Below are positions 23,384 through 36,180 of a stretch of 64,000 bases of DNA, in pieces. The first letter of the stretch is position 1, and each line of letters opens with the position of its first letter. The stretch is taken from assembly GCF_006345805.1 (NCBI RefSeq), contig NC_043025.1, positions 4,278,001-4,342,000 on the forward strand. The letters run 5' to 3'. The position numbers were made by a program, and so were the translations under genes. The notes beneath the pieces were generated by a model. The model was not told the DNA's origin. It was given only the letters and a program-made list of their open reading frames with translations, and searched no databases. The stretch comes from Octopus sinensis. Taxonomy: Eukaryota.

Positions 23384-23877
23384 AATTACTTAGAGATATG
23401 AATTGAGACTTTTCCAGGTAAAACTTAACCTTCTAGTCCTACCACCAGGTAATAAAAGATCAGATCACAAAACGAACTGTGATTTAATATTGTCTGAATA
23501 AGATGATCAGAAAGATTGAAAATCCAACTCCAACTTGTTTGTGAAAAATGATGCCAATCAAAAGCTGTGCACACCTGATGCCTGCCGGCTTCAAAGGTTC
23601 ATCAGCAGTGAATGACCACCGATGACCCCTCTAACCTACTGGTCTCTGGTATACTGTTATGTATGAAATTTCCAAAAAATTTGAATAAAATTATTTAGAG
23701 ATCCGATTTAAATAAATAAAAGAAAGGACAAAGATCCAAATCTCTATTTATTTATTTATTTTCTTGTGGATAATGTTCTGGATTTTTGTTTTTATTATTT
23801 CTCTTACCGGTTTCAGTCATTGGACAGCAACCACAATGGGCCCCTACTCTCAAGGGTTTTTTGTAGATCAGATTTAA

Positions 23878-24098
23878 CCCTTTAGTGTTCACATTATTCT
23901 GCCAGAACTAATGCTTTTTTATCCACATTGTTTTAAACTAATCATGCATTATCTTGTAGCTATGAGATTTTGATAAGGTAGCTGTTAATTTTTAAAACGA
24001 TATTGTAGGGTTGGTGTGAGAGACCAGATCTGGCCAGTTTGAACATAAAACAGGCAGAATACTTTTGGCCGGATATGGCCGGTTTAAATGCTAAAGGG
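23878..24098 (-). mobile_element. piggyBac-like MITE (TTAA|CCCTTTAG...CTAAAGGG|TTAA)
   Basis: TTAA TSD; single empty TTAA at the paralogous site 12132-12135. Confidence 0.9.
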
Positions 24099-24389
24099 TT
24101 AAATTCCTGTACTTATTTCAAGCTGGTATTTGTATTATTGATTTCAATTTACTGAATGGCTAAGTGACATTTCTGGCATAGAAAGACTAATAGATCAATT
24201 TACACATAAATACTAATACAGACACACACACTTATGCATGTAAATACATATACATTCATATACCTGTATAGATACACCTGCATATACGCACAGAGAAATG
24301 AGATGGGGTGCAGGGTGAGGATCGTTATCAAAACTGGAATCAGTTCAAGAAAGGTTCAGTCTGGGTTCAATAAACTGATTCAGTAGCCC

Positions 24390-25130
24390 CCTCTGATATG
24401 GTGATGGGACCATTTGACAGCATGGATATCTGCGACCTTATAGGATTGTATACACTGGACACCCTAATGAAGAAGCCCCTGTCAGTCCTTTTTGGTTTAT
24501 ACAGAGATGACACTTTAGCCATCTCTAGAGGCACTAATGGGCATACCCTAGATAGGCTTAAAAAGGACCTAATTAGTTCGCTTAGCTTTAAAATTATTAT
24601 TGAGACCAACTTTATCATTGTTAACTCTTTAGATGTTGCCAGCGCCGCCTTGGCTGGCTTCTGTGCCGGTTGCATATAAAAAGCACCATCCGAACGTGGC
24701 CGATGCCAGCGCTGGCTTCCGTGCCGTTGGCACGTTAAAAGCACCAACCGATCGTGGCCGATGCCAGACTCCCCTGGCACCTGTGCCGGTGGCATGTAAA
24801 AAGCACCCACTACACTCGCGGAGTGGTTGGCATTAGGAAGGGCATCCAGCTGTAGAAACACTGCCAGATCAGACCGGAGCCTGGTGCAGCCCCTGGCTTC
24901 CCAGACCCCGGTCGAACCGTCCAACCCGTGCTTGCGCGGAAAACGGACGTTGAACGATGATGATTAGACCTGGGTACCAGTTCATACACACCCTACCACA
25001 AACCAAATGGAATGTTGTACATTACCAAAGCCCCTTACTCCCGACCTAAGCAAGAAGATTTTGAACTTATCCTGCAGTAGAGGAATCTTCGATGCTGTAG
25101 CCCCCTATTACAATGATGCTTTGGTATCCA
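24390..25130 (+). pseudogene. Penelope-like element reverse transcriptase remnant, split by a family C insertion (24637-24965)
   Basis: MGPFDSMDICDLIGLY, GLYRDD, TLDRLKKDL, DLGTSSYTPYHKPN, LSCSRGIFDAVAP motifs. Confidence 0.75.
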
Positions 25131-25235
25131 GAGACCCACTACAGCAGCAATGACAACAACAACCACAACAGAAATAGTATTAACAACACATCCGCTGCTA
25201 ACTGATTGCATCATCCATACTCTCAACAAAGCGCC

Positions 25236-25825
25236 CTTATATATGGTTTCTGATTACAAATATCTTGGGTCATACATATCATCATCTGGAGAAGACTTTC
25301 TAACTAGAAAGGGTATGGCCTAGTCAGCCTATTATGACATGCATAAGATCTGGTCATCAAATCTAAGTAGAGACTTCAAACTTGAAATCTTCAAAGCCAC
25401 AGTCGAACCAATTCTACTATATGGCTCAGAAACCTGGACGTTATCAAAGAAGCTTAAGAGGCGGTTGGATGGAACCTACACTCGCCTCCTTATGAGAGCT
25501 CAAAATCTCTCGTGGAAGCGTCATCCAACCAAAATGCAAATATATGGGAAACTACCACCTGTGTCATCTCTTGTGAAAGGTAGGAGAGTCCAGTTTGCTG
25601 GACATTGTTATAGAGCTGAAAAAGAGGTAATTTCTACTCTTCTTCTCTGAAAGCCATCTACTTGCGATACCAGAGGGCGCACACTCTCCTACCCTGATGT
25701 AATCTCCAGGGATACAGGCATCCAGCAACAGGGCCTCCGTAATGCCATGATGGACCATGAAGTCTGGCGTAGCATGGTAAATTCCATTGTCTCGACCACG
25801 GTCGAACAATGATGATGATGATGCT
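25236..25825 (+). mobile_element. RTE-group LINE 3' fragment with (GAT)n tail
   Basis: DYKYLGSYI...ILLYGSETW...FAGHC...WRSMV; the same family lies at 32625-32915 (-). Confidence 0.85.
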
Positions 25826-26027
25826 GCTAACAACACTGACAACAACTCCATTGGTAGCGGTGGCAGCAACACCTGCAGTGGAGGCGGGAACATCAGTAGT
25901 GGCAGCAGCTACGATCACACTAGCTTTAGCTATACATGTAGCAACTGCACCAACAATGCATCCAGCAACAGCAGCATTGGTCGTCTTGTTGTAGTCGAGG
26001 GGCTTTTCTTTCATCATCACTGTGAAG

Positions 26028-26228
26028 CAGTGGTTTTCAACTAGGGTTCCACCAGTACAGTCCAGGTGTTCCGCAAGAAGTTACAAAACTGCTAAAATCG
26101 GCAGTAATTTTTAAGTCTCCTGTGCAGATATGTGTGCATAAGACTATTAAATTATTGCACAGGGGTTCCTCGAGCCAGTGGAATGTTTCCTTGGGGTTCT
26201 GCTCCAGCAAAAAGTTTGAAAAGCACTG
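26028..26228. mobile_element. hAT-like MITE
   Basis: TIRs CAGTGGTTTTCAA / TTGAAAAGCACTG; 8-bp TSD CTGTGAAG/CTGTGACG. Confidence 0.8.
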
Positions 26229-26927
26229 CTGTGACGTAATGTGCTTTTTAAACTATTCACTTGTCTGTATGCACGTCCGTCCGAAAAGAAGAACAAGTCA
26301 ACATCATCGGTAACCACTGAGCCGCAGGTTTTATGTCGGAGTTATCCCAGTTACCTGAGTTACCTTCTCCTAGAAGCATGCCCTAGCAAAGGCGAGGAGT
26401 CCTTCACTCCCAATGGTTTAACCGCGCGATTGGGTATTCAGTCCAATTATTTCTATGTCCCCGCGCATGATACAGCCTTAAGACATTTATTGGATGGCCG
26501 TTGACTCTCAAGAGTTCCTCCGCCCTTTGATGGGTTTTGTTTTTCATCCCGCAGGGTGTCCAATAAACACATACATACATACATATCACTGGAACAGCCT
26601 GCTCATGAAATTAATATGCACTTGGCCGACCTCTCCATAGACACATGTGCTTTTGACAGAGTTCTCAGGGAGATTCAGCACAACACAGACTGTAGTACAC
26701 ACACACACACACATATACATATATCATTCACTTTGGTACACATGTGGGCTACCAAATAATCAATGATAAAAATGTCATCTATACAAACCTCTCTAATACA
26801 TACAAAGGTAAAAATAACAACACATATAGTTGTACACACATTTATATGTTTCCCAACGTATAGGAACCTGCATACGCTTCCCGACTCCCTACACTTCTAT
26901 GTACACACGCCCACCATACAAGTACAT

Positions 26928-27540
26928 CATCATCATCGTTTAACGTCCGCTTTCTATGCTAGCATGGGTTGGACGGTTCAACTGGGGTCTGGGAAGCCAG
27001 AAGGCTGCACCAGGCCCAGTTTGATCTGGCAATGTTTCTACAGCTGGATGCCCTCCCTAATGCCAACCACTCTGTGAGTGTAGTGGGTGCTTTTTACGTG
27101 CCACTGGCACAGGTGCCCAACGAGGCTGGCAACGGCCACGATCGGATGGTGCTTTTTATGTGCCACCGTCACAGAAGCCTGTCGGGGCGGCACTGGCAAC
27201 AGCCACGATCGGATGGTGCTTTTTACGTGCCACCGGCATGGAGGCCAGTCAGGGCAGTGCTGGCTACGGCCACGTTCGGATGGTTCTCTTACGTGCCACC
27301 AGCACTGGTATCACAGCTACAAATTCCATTGATGTTGATCGATTACGGCTTTGATTTTCACTTGCTTCAACAGGTCTTCACAAGTAGAGTTTTGTGTCCC
27401 AAGAAGAAAAGGAATGTATAAGTGGACTGGTTACATCACAGGTATAGGCCACGGGTTATGGCCTCACTTGTCCTGCCAGGTCTCCTCACGCACAGCATAC
27501 TTCCAAAGGTCTCGGTCTCTAGTCATTTCCTCGGTGATAC
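26928..27540 (-). mobile_element. RTE 3' end plus family C tail with internal ~67-bp repeats
   Basis: Reverse complement of ...DRDLWKYAV...TRQ, then the tail ending GACGTTAAACGATGATG. Confidence 0.75.
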
Positions 27541-27641
27541 TAACTTAGAGTTGTATATATACAGACATCAACATTTAACAAAGAAGGAATTGGTACATAA
27601 ACACATACACTATTATGTTGTCACATGTGTTTTATTATGTA

Positions 27642-28201
27642 CTAGCAGTATTGCCCGGCTCAACGGGGATTTCAGGGGAGAGTTTCAGGGTGTCGCTGGC
27701 GATGTATCGTGATGATCAAAAATCCGGCCTGCTAAAATTTGGTTAAAGTGATTCAAACTGCAGACTCAACGCAAAATGGTCACATTTAATTCAAAGCGTT
27801 AAAAATGTTATGAAAACAATTGGTATGTGTTCACAAAGTCCAAACGATTAATACGAAAAAACCCTCTAGGCTACATCCCGAAAATTCATTTCTTTGCTGA
27901 ATTTCTACAGTGTTTACGGCGATTCCTTTTTTATTTCTCATGCAATTTACGCATGCTTGCATGCGTGGTGAATACAGTTCACGACAAACAACTGACTGAG
28001 TATGGTATAAGGCCTAAACAAACACCTTATCGATTTTTGCACTTGCAAGATGAATTTCGGAACAGAAATAGCGCAGTTCAATTTTCATTCGCCTAAACTT
28101 TAAGTGACCCACTTTTGGTGGTTCTACGATTTGTTGGCTAGGAGGAGATGTGCCGGGAAGTTAAACACACAGACACACAAGTTGAGTTTTATATATATAG
28201 A
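27642..28201 (-). mobile_element. Non-autonomous Helitron
   Basis: On the minus strand: A|TCTATATATAT 5' end, 3' hairpin CCCG..GCCGGG and CTAG|T terminus. Confidence 0.7.
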
Positions 28202-29608
28202 TGTCTGAGATTGAAAATTAAATTGCAAAGGTGATGCCTTAGATAGAGGCATTAAATCACTAGATCAGTCATGAAAGTTACTCAATTGATTAGAAATAGA
28301 ATTAAACTAGAGGAGTGGTTTTGTACCTGGGAAGAGTACCTCAGATGCCATCTTCCTAGTGAGACAGCTGTAATAAAAGTACTTCGCCCAAATCTGTTTC
28401 TTAAACGAGGGACATATTCAATACGGCACAGAATGTTTTTCACCTCAATAGACGCCATTGATTGGTTGAAATTGCAGAAATTGAAGAAAAAAACAACAAA
28501 TATCTTACAAACTATAGAATTTTCTCAATAAAGCCAAGAGAAAAAGATGTTTTATAAACACATTCTACCAGAATACGAAGTTTAAAAGTGTTTATTTACG
28601 TGGAAATTATTTTTAAAAAACTGCCGGTCAAACCGAAAAGATCCTAGTTCAATACGTCGTTCTATATTTAAGAATTTTATTACGACCTAAAGAAATATTC
28701 CCATTCGTTGTAAGCTCCATATCTTTTTCTTCTTTTAATATAATTCCATGCACGTTTAAGAGTGCATTGTAAGAATATTAGATAACTACCAGTGGTTGAC
28801 CGATTCTTAACTTCATTGACCTGACCTACATAGATTTTTAAAGACAAACTGACCTCGGTGGTAGTTCAACTAAGAACCTAAGCGGCCTTAACTAAAACAC
28901 AGACGACATTACGTGTGTCTGTTTATTTCACTGCCATGTGAAACTGTAACGTAGCATGAACTACAAAGATACTGTAAATATGAAAATTCTGCCTTCGCAA
29001 TTGCACGTGTAGGACTATATTTTTAAATGTGTCCTTCGTTTTATTTAACACGTTTGGCTGCGTCTTGAACAGAGTTGGCATACGTCTGTATTTTCCAGGA
29101 CATGTCCTAGATTCAGATGTTATTTGCTCCTGGGTAGAATTTTTAAAATTCTTCAAAGTCCCAAATTTCAGCTTCCACCACTTTAAAAAAAATTATATAT
29201 ATATATATATATATAAGTTCTAGCCATCCAACTCCCGACCCCCGCCAAAAAAAAACCTAGTCTGTAATGAGAGACTTGTATAAATAATAATAATAAAAAT
29301 AATGATAATGATAATCTGCAGGTGTTACAGAGACACTCAAGGGCCGAGTGTTTCGTGAAACTTATCAAATAAATGGGAATACACGAAATTTCGGCACTTG
29401 AGTCACTCTGTAGCATCTAACAATAGTATATAGACATTTTACGGTTTGTATCACCAGTCACACACACACACGCACACACACATATATATATAAATATATA
29501 TATTGGTAAAAACGGTAAGATAACAAAAGAAAGAAAGAGACCTCAATATTGTGTAAATAGAGGAAATTTATCTATAAAATAATATGTTACATTTACTCAA
29601 TAGTCAAG

Positions 29609-29663
29609 ATAAAACTCTGAGTTTCAGATGCCGAAGTGGAAATCCACAACACCATCTCTTCGG

Positions 29664-29667
<4 letters not shown>
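29609..29667 (-). ncRNA. Hammerhead-like motif (degenerate)
   Basis: ATAA-CCGAAGA-GATGG...CATCT-GAAA-CTCAGAG-TT-TTAT; 4-bp stem I; stem II register imperfect. Confidence 0.5.
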
Positions 29668-29694
<27 letters not shown>

Positions 29695-29724
29695 ACGCAA
29701 AAGGCCCAAAGACTGTGGTATCTT

Positions 29725-30213
29725 GGCGGCGAGCTGGCAGACACGTTAGCACGCCGGGCGAAATGCGTAGCCGTATTTCGTCTGTCGTTAGGTTGTGAGT
29801 TCAAATTCCGCCGAGGTCGACTTTGCCTTTCATCCTTTCGGGGTCGATTAAATAAGTACCAGTTACGCACTGGGGTCGATGTAATCGACTTAATACCTAT
29901 GTCTGTCCTTGTTTGTCCCCTCTATGGGCGATCTTTCGTCTCTAGTAGACCTTTCCGTCGATTTCCGTAAAAAACACCCCATCAAACACACACACATGTC
30001 CATCAATGCTCCCATGCACGGTAACTTCAAAAGAACTTCCCTCGTCATACAATCGCTTTCTCTTAGTCTCTTTCGCTCTCATTACCTCAAAAGTTCCCGC
30101 AAGCCCATATGTAAAAAAAAAATTTTTTTTACGGAAATCGACGGAAAGGTCTACTAGAGACGAAAGATTGCCCCTCTATGTTTAGCCCCTTGTGGGTAAT
30201 AAAGAAATAGGTA
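29725..30213 (+). mobile_element. SINE family B interrupted by a MITE
   Basis: SINE body resumes after the duplicated CCTCTATG. Confidence 0.9.
29927..30172. mobile_element. Merlin-like MITE, internally deleted, 8-bp TSD CCTCTATG
   Basis: Same TIRs as 21066-21495. Confidence 0.85.
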
Positions 30214-30470
30214 TCTTGGATTCTAACTGTCCAGATACGGAAATTTTGACTGCTATTTTTAGCAGGTGGCAGTGGTGAGACCGTCATTGCCTTCCCTATC
30301 TCCTACTCCTCCAACTCCTCACTCCCGCGTTACACTGTGACACCATAAACTCGAGAACGAGGCTTGTTACAGGTCGAAAACGAGGCTGTCCCTCATAACC
30401 GACGAGAAAAAGCAAGAAGAAGGCAAACAGAACATCCGACACCAAAACGTTGAATGTTATCCGCTGAATT

Positions 30471-30545
30471 ATGGAATTGCTGGCCATGTACAGCGATGGA
30501 GATCGATCAGATTCTCCCGAACAAAACAGTGATGTCGGTGAAAAG
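30471..30545 (+). CDS. Candidate first coding exon of the RS-domain gene (MELLAMYSDGDRSDSPEQNSDVGEK)
   Basis: Lies in a unique, CpG-richer stretch; ATG plus 25 codons; donor AAG|GTGATA; phase 0 matches the exon at 55644; the linkage is inferred. Confidence 0.5.
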
Positions 30546-30849
30546 GTGATACAATTTTAAAATTAGCTATTACCATTGTATTGTGATGATATCTGACGAT
30601 GTATATAAATATATTTGTGACGATGATGTGTTACGATGGCGGTGATCATAATTTGTTATGTCTGCATAATGAATGGTTATTATTGCTGTATATATTTTGT
30701 GTTTGAGCTAGTTTTCCCCTCCCCGAATAAAACCAACGTTGCCTCAACAGCAGTGTTTTATTATAATGAGACTTAAAAGCCGAGTTGTGGTTTCGCAAAT
30801 ATATAGGCAAGTATTTATTATACGGACATTTTGTGCCTCTGTGTGTAGG

Positions 30850-31043
30850 TCTAAATATATATGTAAATATAGGTGTATATTTTGTATATAATAAACGTAT
30901 ATGTACAATATATGTATATATATAACAAGTCTAAGTATTCTCCGTGTGTGTATGTAATGTATATATTCCTATGTATATGTGTGTACATATATTAGTAAAT
31001 TAAAAATTTACCCGTATTTATATTTATACATACATAAAATTTT

Positions 31044-31077
<34 letters not shown>

Positions 31078-31268
31078 AACGCGTATGTATATATACCTAT
31101 GTATATATATTTATACATATAAACGAATATGTATTATATATATATATATATATATATAAGTCTAAGTATTCTCTGTGTGTATGTATATATATATATAATA
31201 TATATACACACATAAACGCATATGTATATATACCTATGTATATGTGTAAATTAAAAATTTACCCGTAT

Positions 31269-31303
<35 letters not shown>

Positions 31304-32225
31304 AACGCGTATGTATATATACCTATGTATATATATTTATACATATAAACGAATATGTATTATATATATATATAAGTCTAAGTATTCTCTGTGTGTATGT
31401 ATATAAATATATAGAATATATATACACACATAAACGCATATGTATATATACCTATGTATATGTGTGTACATATATTGGTAAATTAAAAATTTACCCGTAT
31501 ATTTATATCAACGTATATATATTTATACATACATAAAATTTATATATATATATACACACACACACAAACGCGTATGTATATATATTTATACATACGTAAA
31601 ATTTATATATATATACACACACAAACGGATATGTATGTGTGTACATATATATTGGTAAATTAAAAATTTACTCGTATATTTATATCTATGTATATATATT
31701 TATACATACATAAAATTTATATTTATATACACACACAAACGCGTATGTATATATACCTATGTATATATATTTATACATACATAAAATTTATATATATATA
31801 TACGCATAAACACGTGTATATATACCTATGTATATGTTTACATATATTGGTAAATTAAAAATTTACTCGTATATTTATATCTATGTATATATATTTATAC
31901 ATACATAAAATTTATATTTATATACACACACAAACGCGTATGTATATATACCTATGTATATATATTTATACATACATAAAATTTATATATATATATACGC
32001 ATAAACACGTGTATATATACCTATGTATATGTTTACATATATTGGTAAATTAAAAATTTATATATATATATGCACACACAAACGCGTATGTATATATACA
32101 CACACAAACGCATATGTATATATACCTATGTATATGTGTGTACATATATATATATTGGTAAATTAAAAATTTACCCGTATATTTATATCTATGTATATAT
32201 ATTTTGCATACATAAAATTTTATAT

Positions 32226-32269
<44 letters not shown>

Positions 32270-32270
32270 G
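30850..32270. repeat. Complex AT-rich minisatellite
   Basis: Recurring AAATTAAAAATTTACCCGTAT / CACAAACGCGTATG modules among (TA)n and (CA)n. Confidence 0.9.
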
Positions 32271-32419
32271 TACTTAGAAACACGTTTATGTGATTGCATG
32301 TGTGTCGAAAGAAATATATTCAGTTGTGTAAGAGGAGAACTATATTTGTGTGTGTCTATGTGCACATTATCACGCGTGTACGTTTTTACATATACATGTA
32401 TTATATAGGTGTCTGTGTG

Positions 32420-32452
<33 letters not shown>

Positions 32453-32624
32453 GAGCAGGAGTGGCTGTGTGGTTCCGGGTTCAGTCTCACTGCGTGGTAC
32501 CTTTTACTTTAGCCTCGGGTCGACGAAAACCTTGTGAGTGGATTTGGTAGACGGAAATGGAAAGAAGCCCATCGTATATATATGTATGTATTTGTGTGTC
32601 TGTGTTTGACCCCCCTCATAAGGA

Positions 32625-32915
32625 GGCAAGTGTAGGTTCCACCCAACTGCCTCTCGAAGAGTGTGCGCCCTCTGGTATTGCGAGTAGATGGCTTCCAGAG
32701 GAGAAGAGTAGAAATTACCTCTTTTCCAGCTCTACAACAATGTCCAGCAAACTGGACTCTCTCACCTTTCACAAGAGATGACACAGGTGGTAGTTTCCCA
32801 TATATTTGCACTTTGGTTGGATGACGCTTCCATGAGAGATTTTGAGCTCTCATAAAGAGGCGAGTGTAGGTTCCATCCAACCGCCTCTCAAGCTTCTCTG
32901 ATAACGTCCAGGTTT
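32625..32915 (-). mobile_element. RTE-group LINE fragment nested in SINE A
   Basis: DGTYTRL.MRAQNLSWKRHPTK...FAGHC. Confidence 0.8.
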
Positions 32916-32919
32916 CTGA

Positions 32920-33780
32920 GCCATATGTTGAGTGGAACCTTAATGGATTCCATGGTTTACATGGTTATGGACTTTGTTTCTAGAATTGAGGAGGGAACAA
33001 GACCACTTGGGTTCTGCAGTGCAGATGTCTTGATTATCTGCAATACTAACTTTAGGAAACCAGCCAGTTACCTTATGACCTATCAGCGTGGTGGGCTCAC
33101 GAGACAGATTGACTATATCCTCGGGATGGACAGATGCTTTTGTTACAGACACTTTCCTGATTGAAGAATGCACAACCTAACATAGGTTAGTAGTTAGTGA
33201 TTTCAGATTTAGAGCTAGAAGGACTTAGGAGAAAGAAGTCAGTTTGGAAGAGGAGGATGTGGAAGCTGAAGGAGCCAACAAACAGGTAGAAATTTGAAAC
33301 ATCTGATAAGAACAAATTGGCGGGAGGAGGAGTTAGTGACGTATAGCTTAGAAGACAACTGGAAGTTCCTATAGGTCAACCTATAGAGGGTCATACACCA
33401 GACCTGTGGCTGGTGTAAAAACCTGGCCTGGTTTAGGGTGATATGGTGGTGAAGGTGTGAGGTGGACAGGCTTGGAAAGAGCGGTAAAATGGTGGTAGAA
33501 GAGAATTATATCTGAAGAGATTTTCCAGTCTTCTACAGCATGAGAATTTGAAGTGTGAAGTGTTCTGAATCGGAAGAGTGTGTATCAGAAAGAATCAAAA
33601 TGTGAGGAGTGTGTCCAGGTGGATAATGGTACTCTTGCGCTTTGTGATTTTGGAGAGACAGAAACATGGAAGTGCCATTATGGAAAACTATTAATTGTGT
33701 GGAGAATGCTTGGGAGAAAGACATCTTTCCAATGTGAACCCAACAAAGGGACCAGCTATCTGAGTTGACAGTAGTAAGTT
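32920..33780 (+). mobile_element. Degraded RTE endonuclease/RT remnant
   Basis: LIICNTNFRKPASYLMTY...QIDYIL motif with many stops. Confidence 0.65.
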
Positions 33781-33987
33781 AGATAAAGCAATCGAGGATA
33801 TGGAAAAACCCCTGGTCCATCATATAGTGTAGTGGATAAGAGCGTGGGCTACTAACCTTTGGATTCTGAGTTCAGTCCCAAGCAGAGACCTTGGGAAATA
33901 ATATCTGCAAAAATAAAGGAATACCTTAGGAATGAGGACAGAGTACCCTGTTAGTCAAATAAAGGGTTGGCTTCGAAATTCCACCAG

Positions 33988-34033
33988 AACACCTGATGAA
34001 GGCTGGAGAGTACATCAGCTGAAACATTGTGGT
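33988..34033 (+). ncRNA. Minimal Penelope-type hammerhead-like motif
   Basis: AACAC-CTGATGA-A-GGCTG/GAGAGTACAT/CAGCT-GAAA-CA-TT-GTGGT; slightly degenerate stems I and III. Confidence 0.6.
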
Positions 34034-34043
34034 AACAACAAAC

Positions 34044-34862
34044 AAGGTGAGGACAAATATTCTTTGTAAGCCCAGTACTTATTCTATCGGTCTCTTTTGC
34101 TGAACCGCTAAGTGACGGGGACGTAAACACACCAGCATCGGTTGTTAAGCAATGCTAGGGGGACAAACACAGACACACACACACACGCACACACACATAC
34201 ATACATATATACAACAGGCTTCTTTCAGTTTCCGTCTACCAAATCCACTCACAAGGCATTGATCGGCCCGTGGCTATAGTAGAAGACACTCGACCCCGGA
34301 CTTATTATTTGTAAGCCCAGTACTTATTCTATCGGTCTCTTTTGCTGAACCGCTAAGTGACGGGGACGTAAACACACCAGCATCGGTTGTTAAGCAATGC
34401 TAGGGGGACAAACACAGACACACAAACACACACACACACACACACATACATACATATATACAACAGGCTTCTTTCAGTTTCCGTCTACCAAATCCACTCA
34501 CAAGGCATTGATCGGCCCGTGGCTATAGTAGAAGACACTCGACCCCGGACTTATTCTTTGTAAGCTCAGTACTTATTCTATCGGTCTCTTTTGCCGAACC
34601 GCTAAGTGACGGGGACGTAAACACACCAGCATCGGTTGTTAAGCAATGCTAGGGGGACAAACACAGACACACAAACACACACACATACATACATATATAC
34701 AACAGGCTTCTTTCAGTTTCCGTCTACCAAATCCACTCACAAGGCATTGGTCGGCCCGGGGCTATAGTAGAAGACACTTGCCCAAGGTGCCACGCAGTGG
34801 GACTGAACCCGGAACCATGTGGTTGGTTAGCAAGCTACTTACCACAGCCACTCCTGCGCCTA
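34044..34862 (-). mobile_element. SINE family A tandem trimer
   Basis: Three units joined at GAAGACACTCGACCCCGG. Confidence 0.9.
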
Positions 34863-34994
34863 TTGTTAGCTAAATTAATAAATATAAAGGATCAAATCCC
34901 ATTAACATCATGAAATTATAGTTTACGTATTTACTAGCATCTTGTATTCTTTTGTTTGTTATTTGACTGTGGCCATGCTGGAGCACTGCCTTAA

Positions 34995-35215
34995 CCCTTT
35001 AGCATTTAAACCGGCCATATCCGGCCAAAAGTATTCTGCTTGTTTTATGTTCAAACTGGCCAGATCTGGTCTCTCACACCAACCCTACAATATCGTTTTA
35101 AAAATTAACAGCTACCTCATCAAAATCTCAAAGCTACAAGATAACGCATGATTAGTTCAAAACAATGTGGATGAAGAAGCACTAATTTTGGTAGAATACT
35201 GCGAACACTAAAGGG
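34995..35215 (+). mobile_element. piggyBac-like MITE
   Basis: TTAA|CCCTTTAGC...CTAAAGGG; homologous to 23878-24098. Confidence 0.85.
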
Positions 35216-36180
35216 TTGAACATCCCTCATTCTCATTAGCATCTCTGTCCATCCTACTTTCCACTGATCATCCCGTTTCTTGTGCCTCCTGTCATCTCTC
35301 CTGTTCTTCTGAACTACATCTTAGGTTTGCTACCCCTCACGTTTAACACCTCTGCTCTCATTCTCAACACCCTCTCATCCCTCCACTCACCTTTGTCATG
35401 CCACGCTCGTGTACCTCTGATCTTCATCTCAGCCACAGTTCATCACCTGCTCCTCTCCTCCACTCTCACACCATGCGTATTATCTACCTACTTTCTGATC
35501 TAACCACAGATATGTAATGATGCTGCTATTTACCATCAGCCGCACCTCCACTCTTGTTCACCACTCCTCGCATTCACCTCTACACTCCCTCTACACCATC
35601 TAATCACTCCCTTCCTGCCCATGCTTTCCTTACCTTCTAATCCACAGTCTATACTCCCCTTCAAACTCACCACCTTGTACCTTGAGAATATATTCTAGCA
35701 CCCTGTCACCATCATCTGAATGTCCCTTTTAGCTACTCCCCCTCATCCTTGTATAATGCAGGATTACCATGTGTCTCCAGGGTTTGTCCCCGTCATACTT
35801 TAGCCTTCAGTACCTTACATAAAACCACCGCCCCCTTGCAAATGCTTCCATTTAGTTGATAGGGGATTTTTCCTTTTCTTTGATTTAACTTTGCCTAAGT
35901 ACAGTCTGTCTTATGAAACAAAAACAAAAAGCGCTCGCTACACCCTCTTTGAAGTGGTTGGTTTTAGGAAGGGTGTCCAGCCGTAGAGACTGTGCTGAAG
36001 CTGACATTGGGGCCCGACACAGCTATGTGTCTCTTTGGATCTTGTCAAATTACCTAGCCCATACCAGCATGGAAGACAGGATGTTGTGTGTGTGTGTGTA
36101 TATACCGGAGTAAGCACATAAATGTGAAACAAGGTGGAAAAAAAAAAGTACTCAAATACCAGAGGTAGAGTAATATTGCA

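Noticed and set aside
26380-26420. TCCTCGC motif (minus strand) resembling the HDV-ribozyme L3 loop
   Set aside because: No compatible P1/P2 helices could be found by eye
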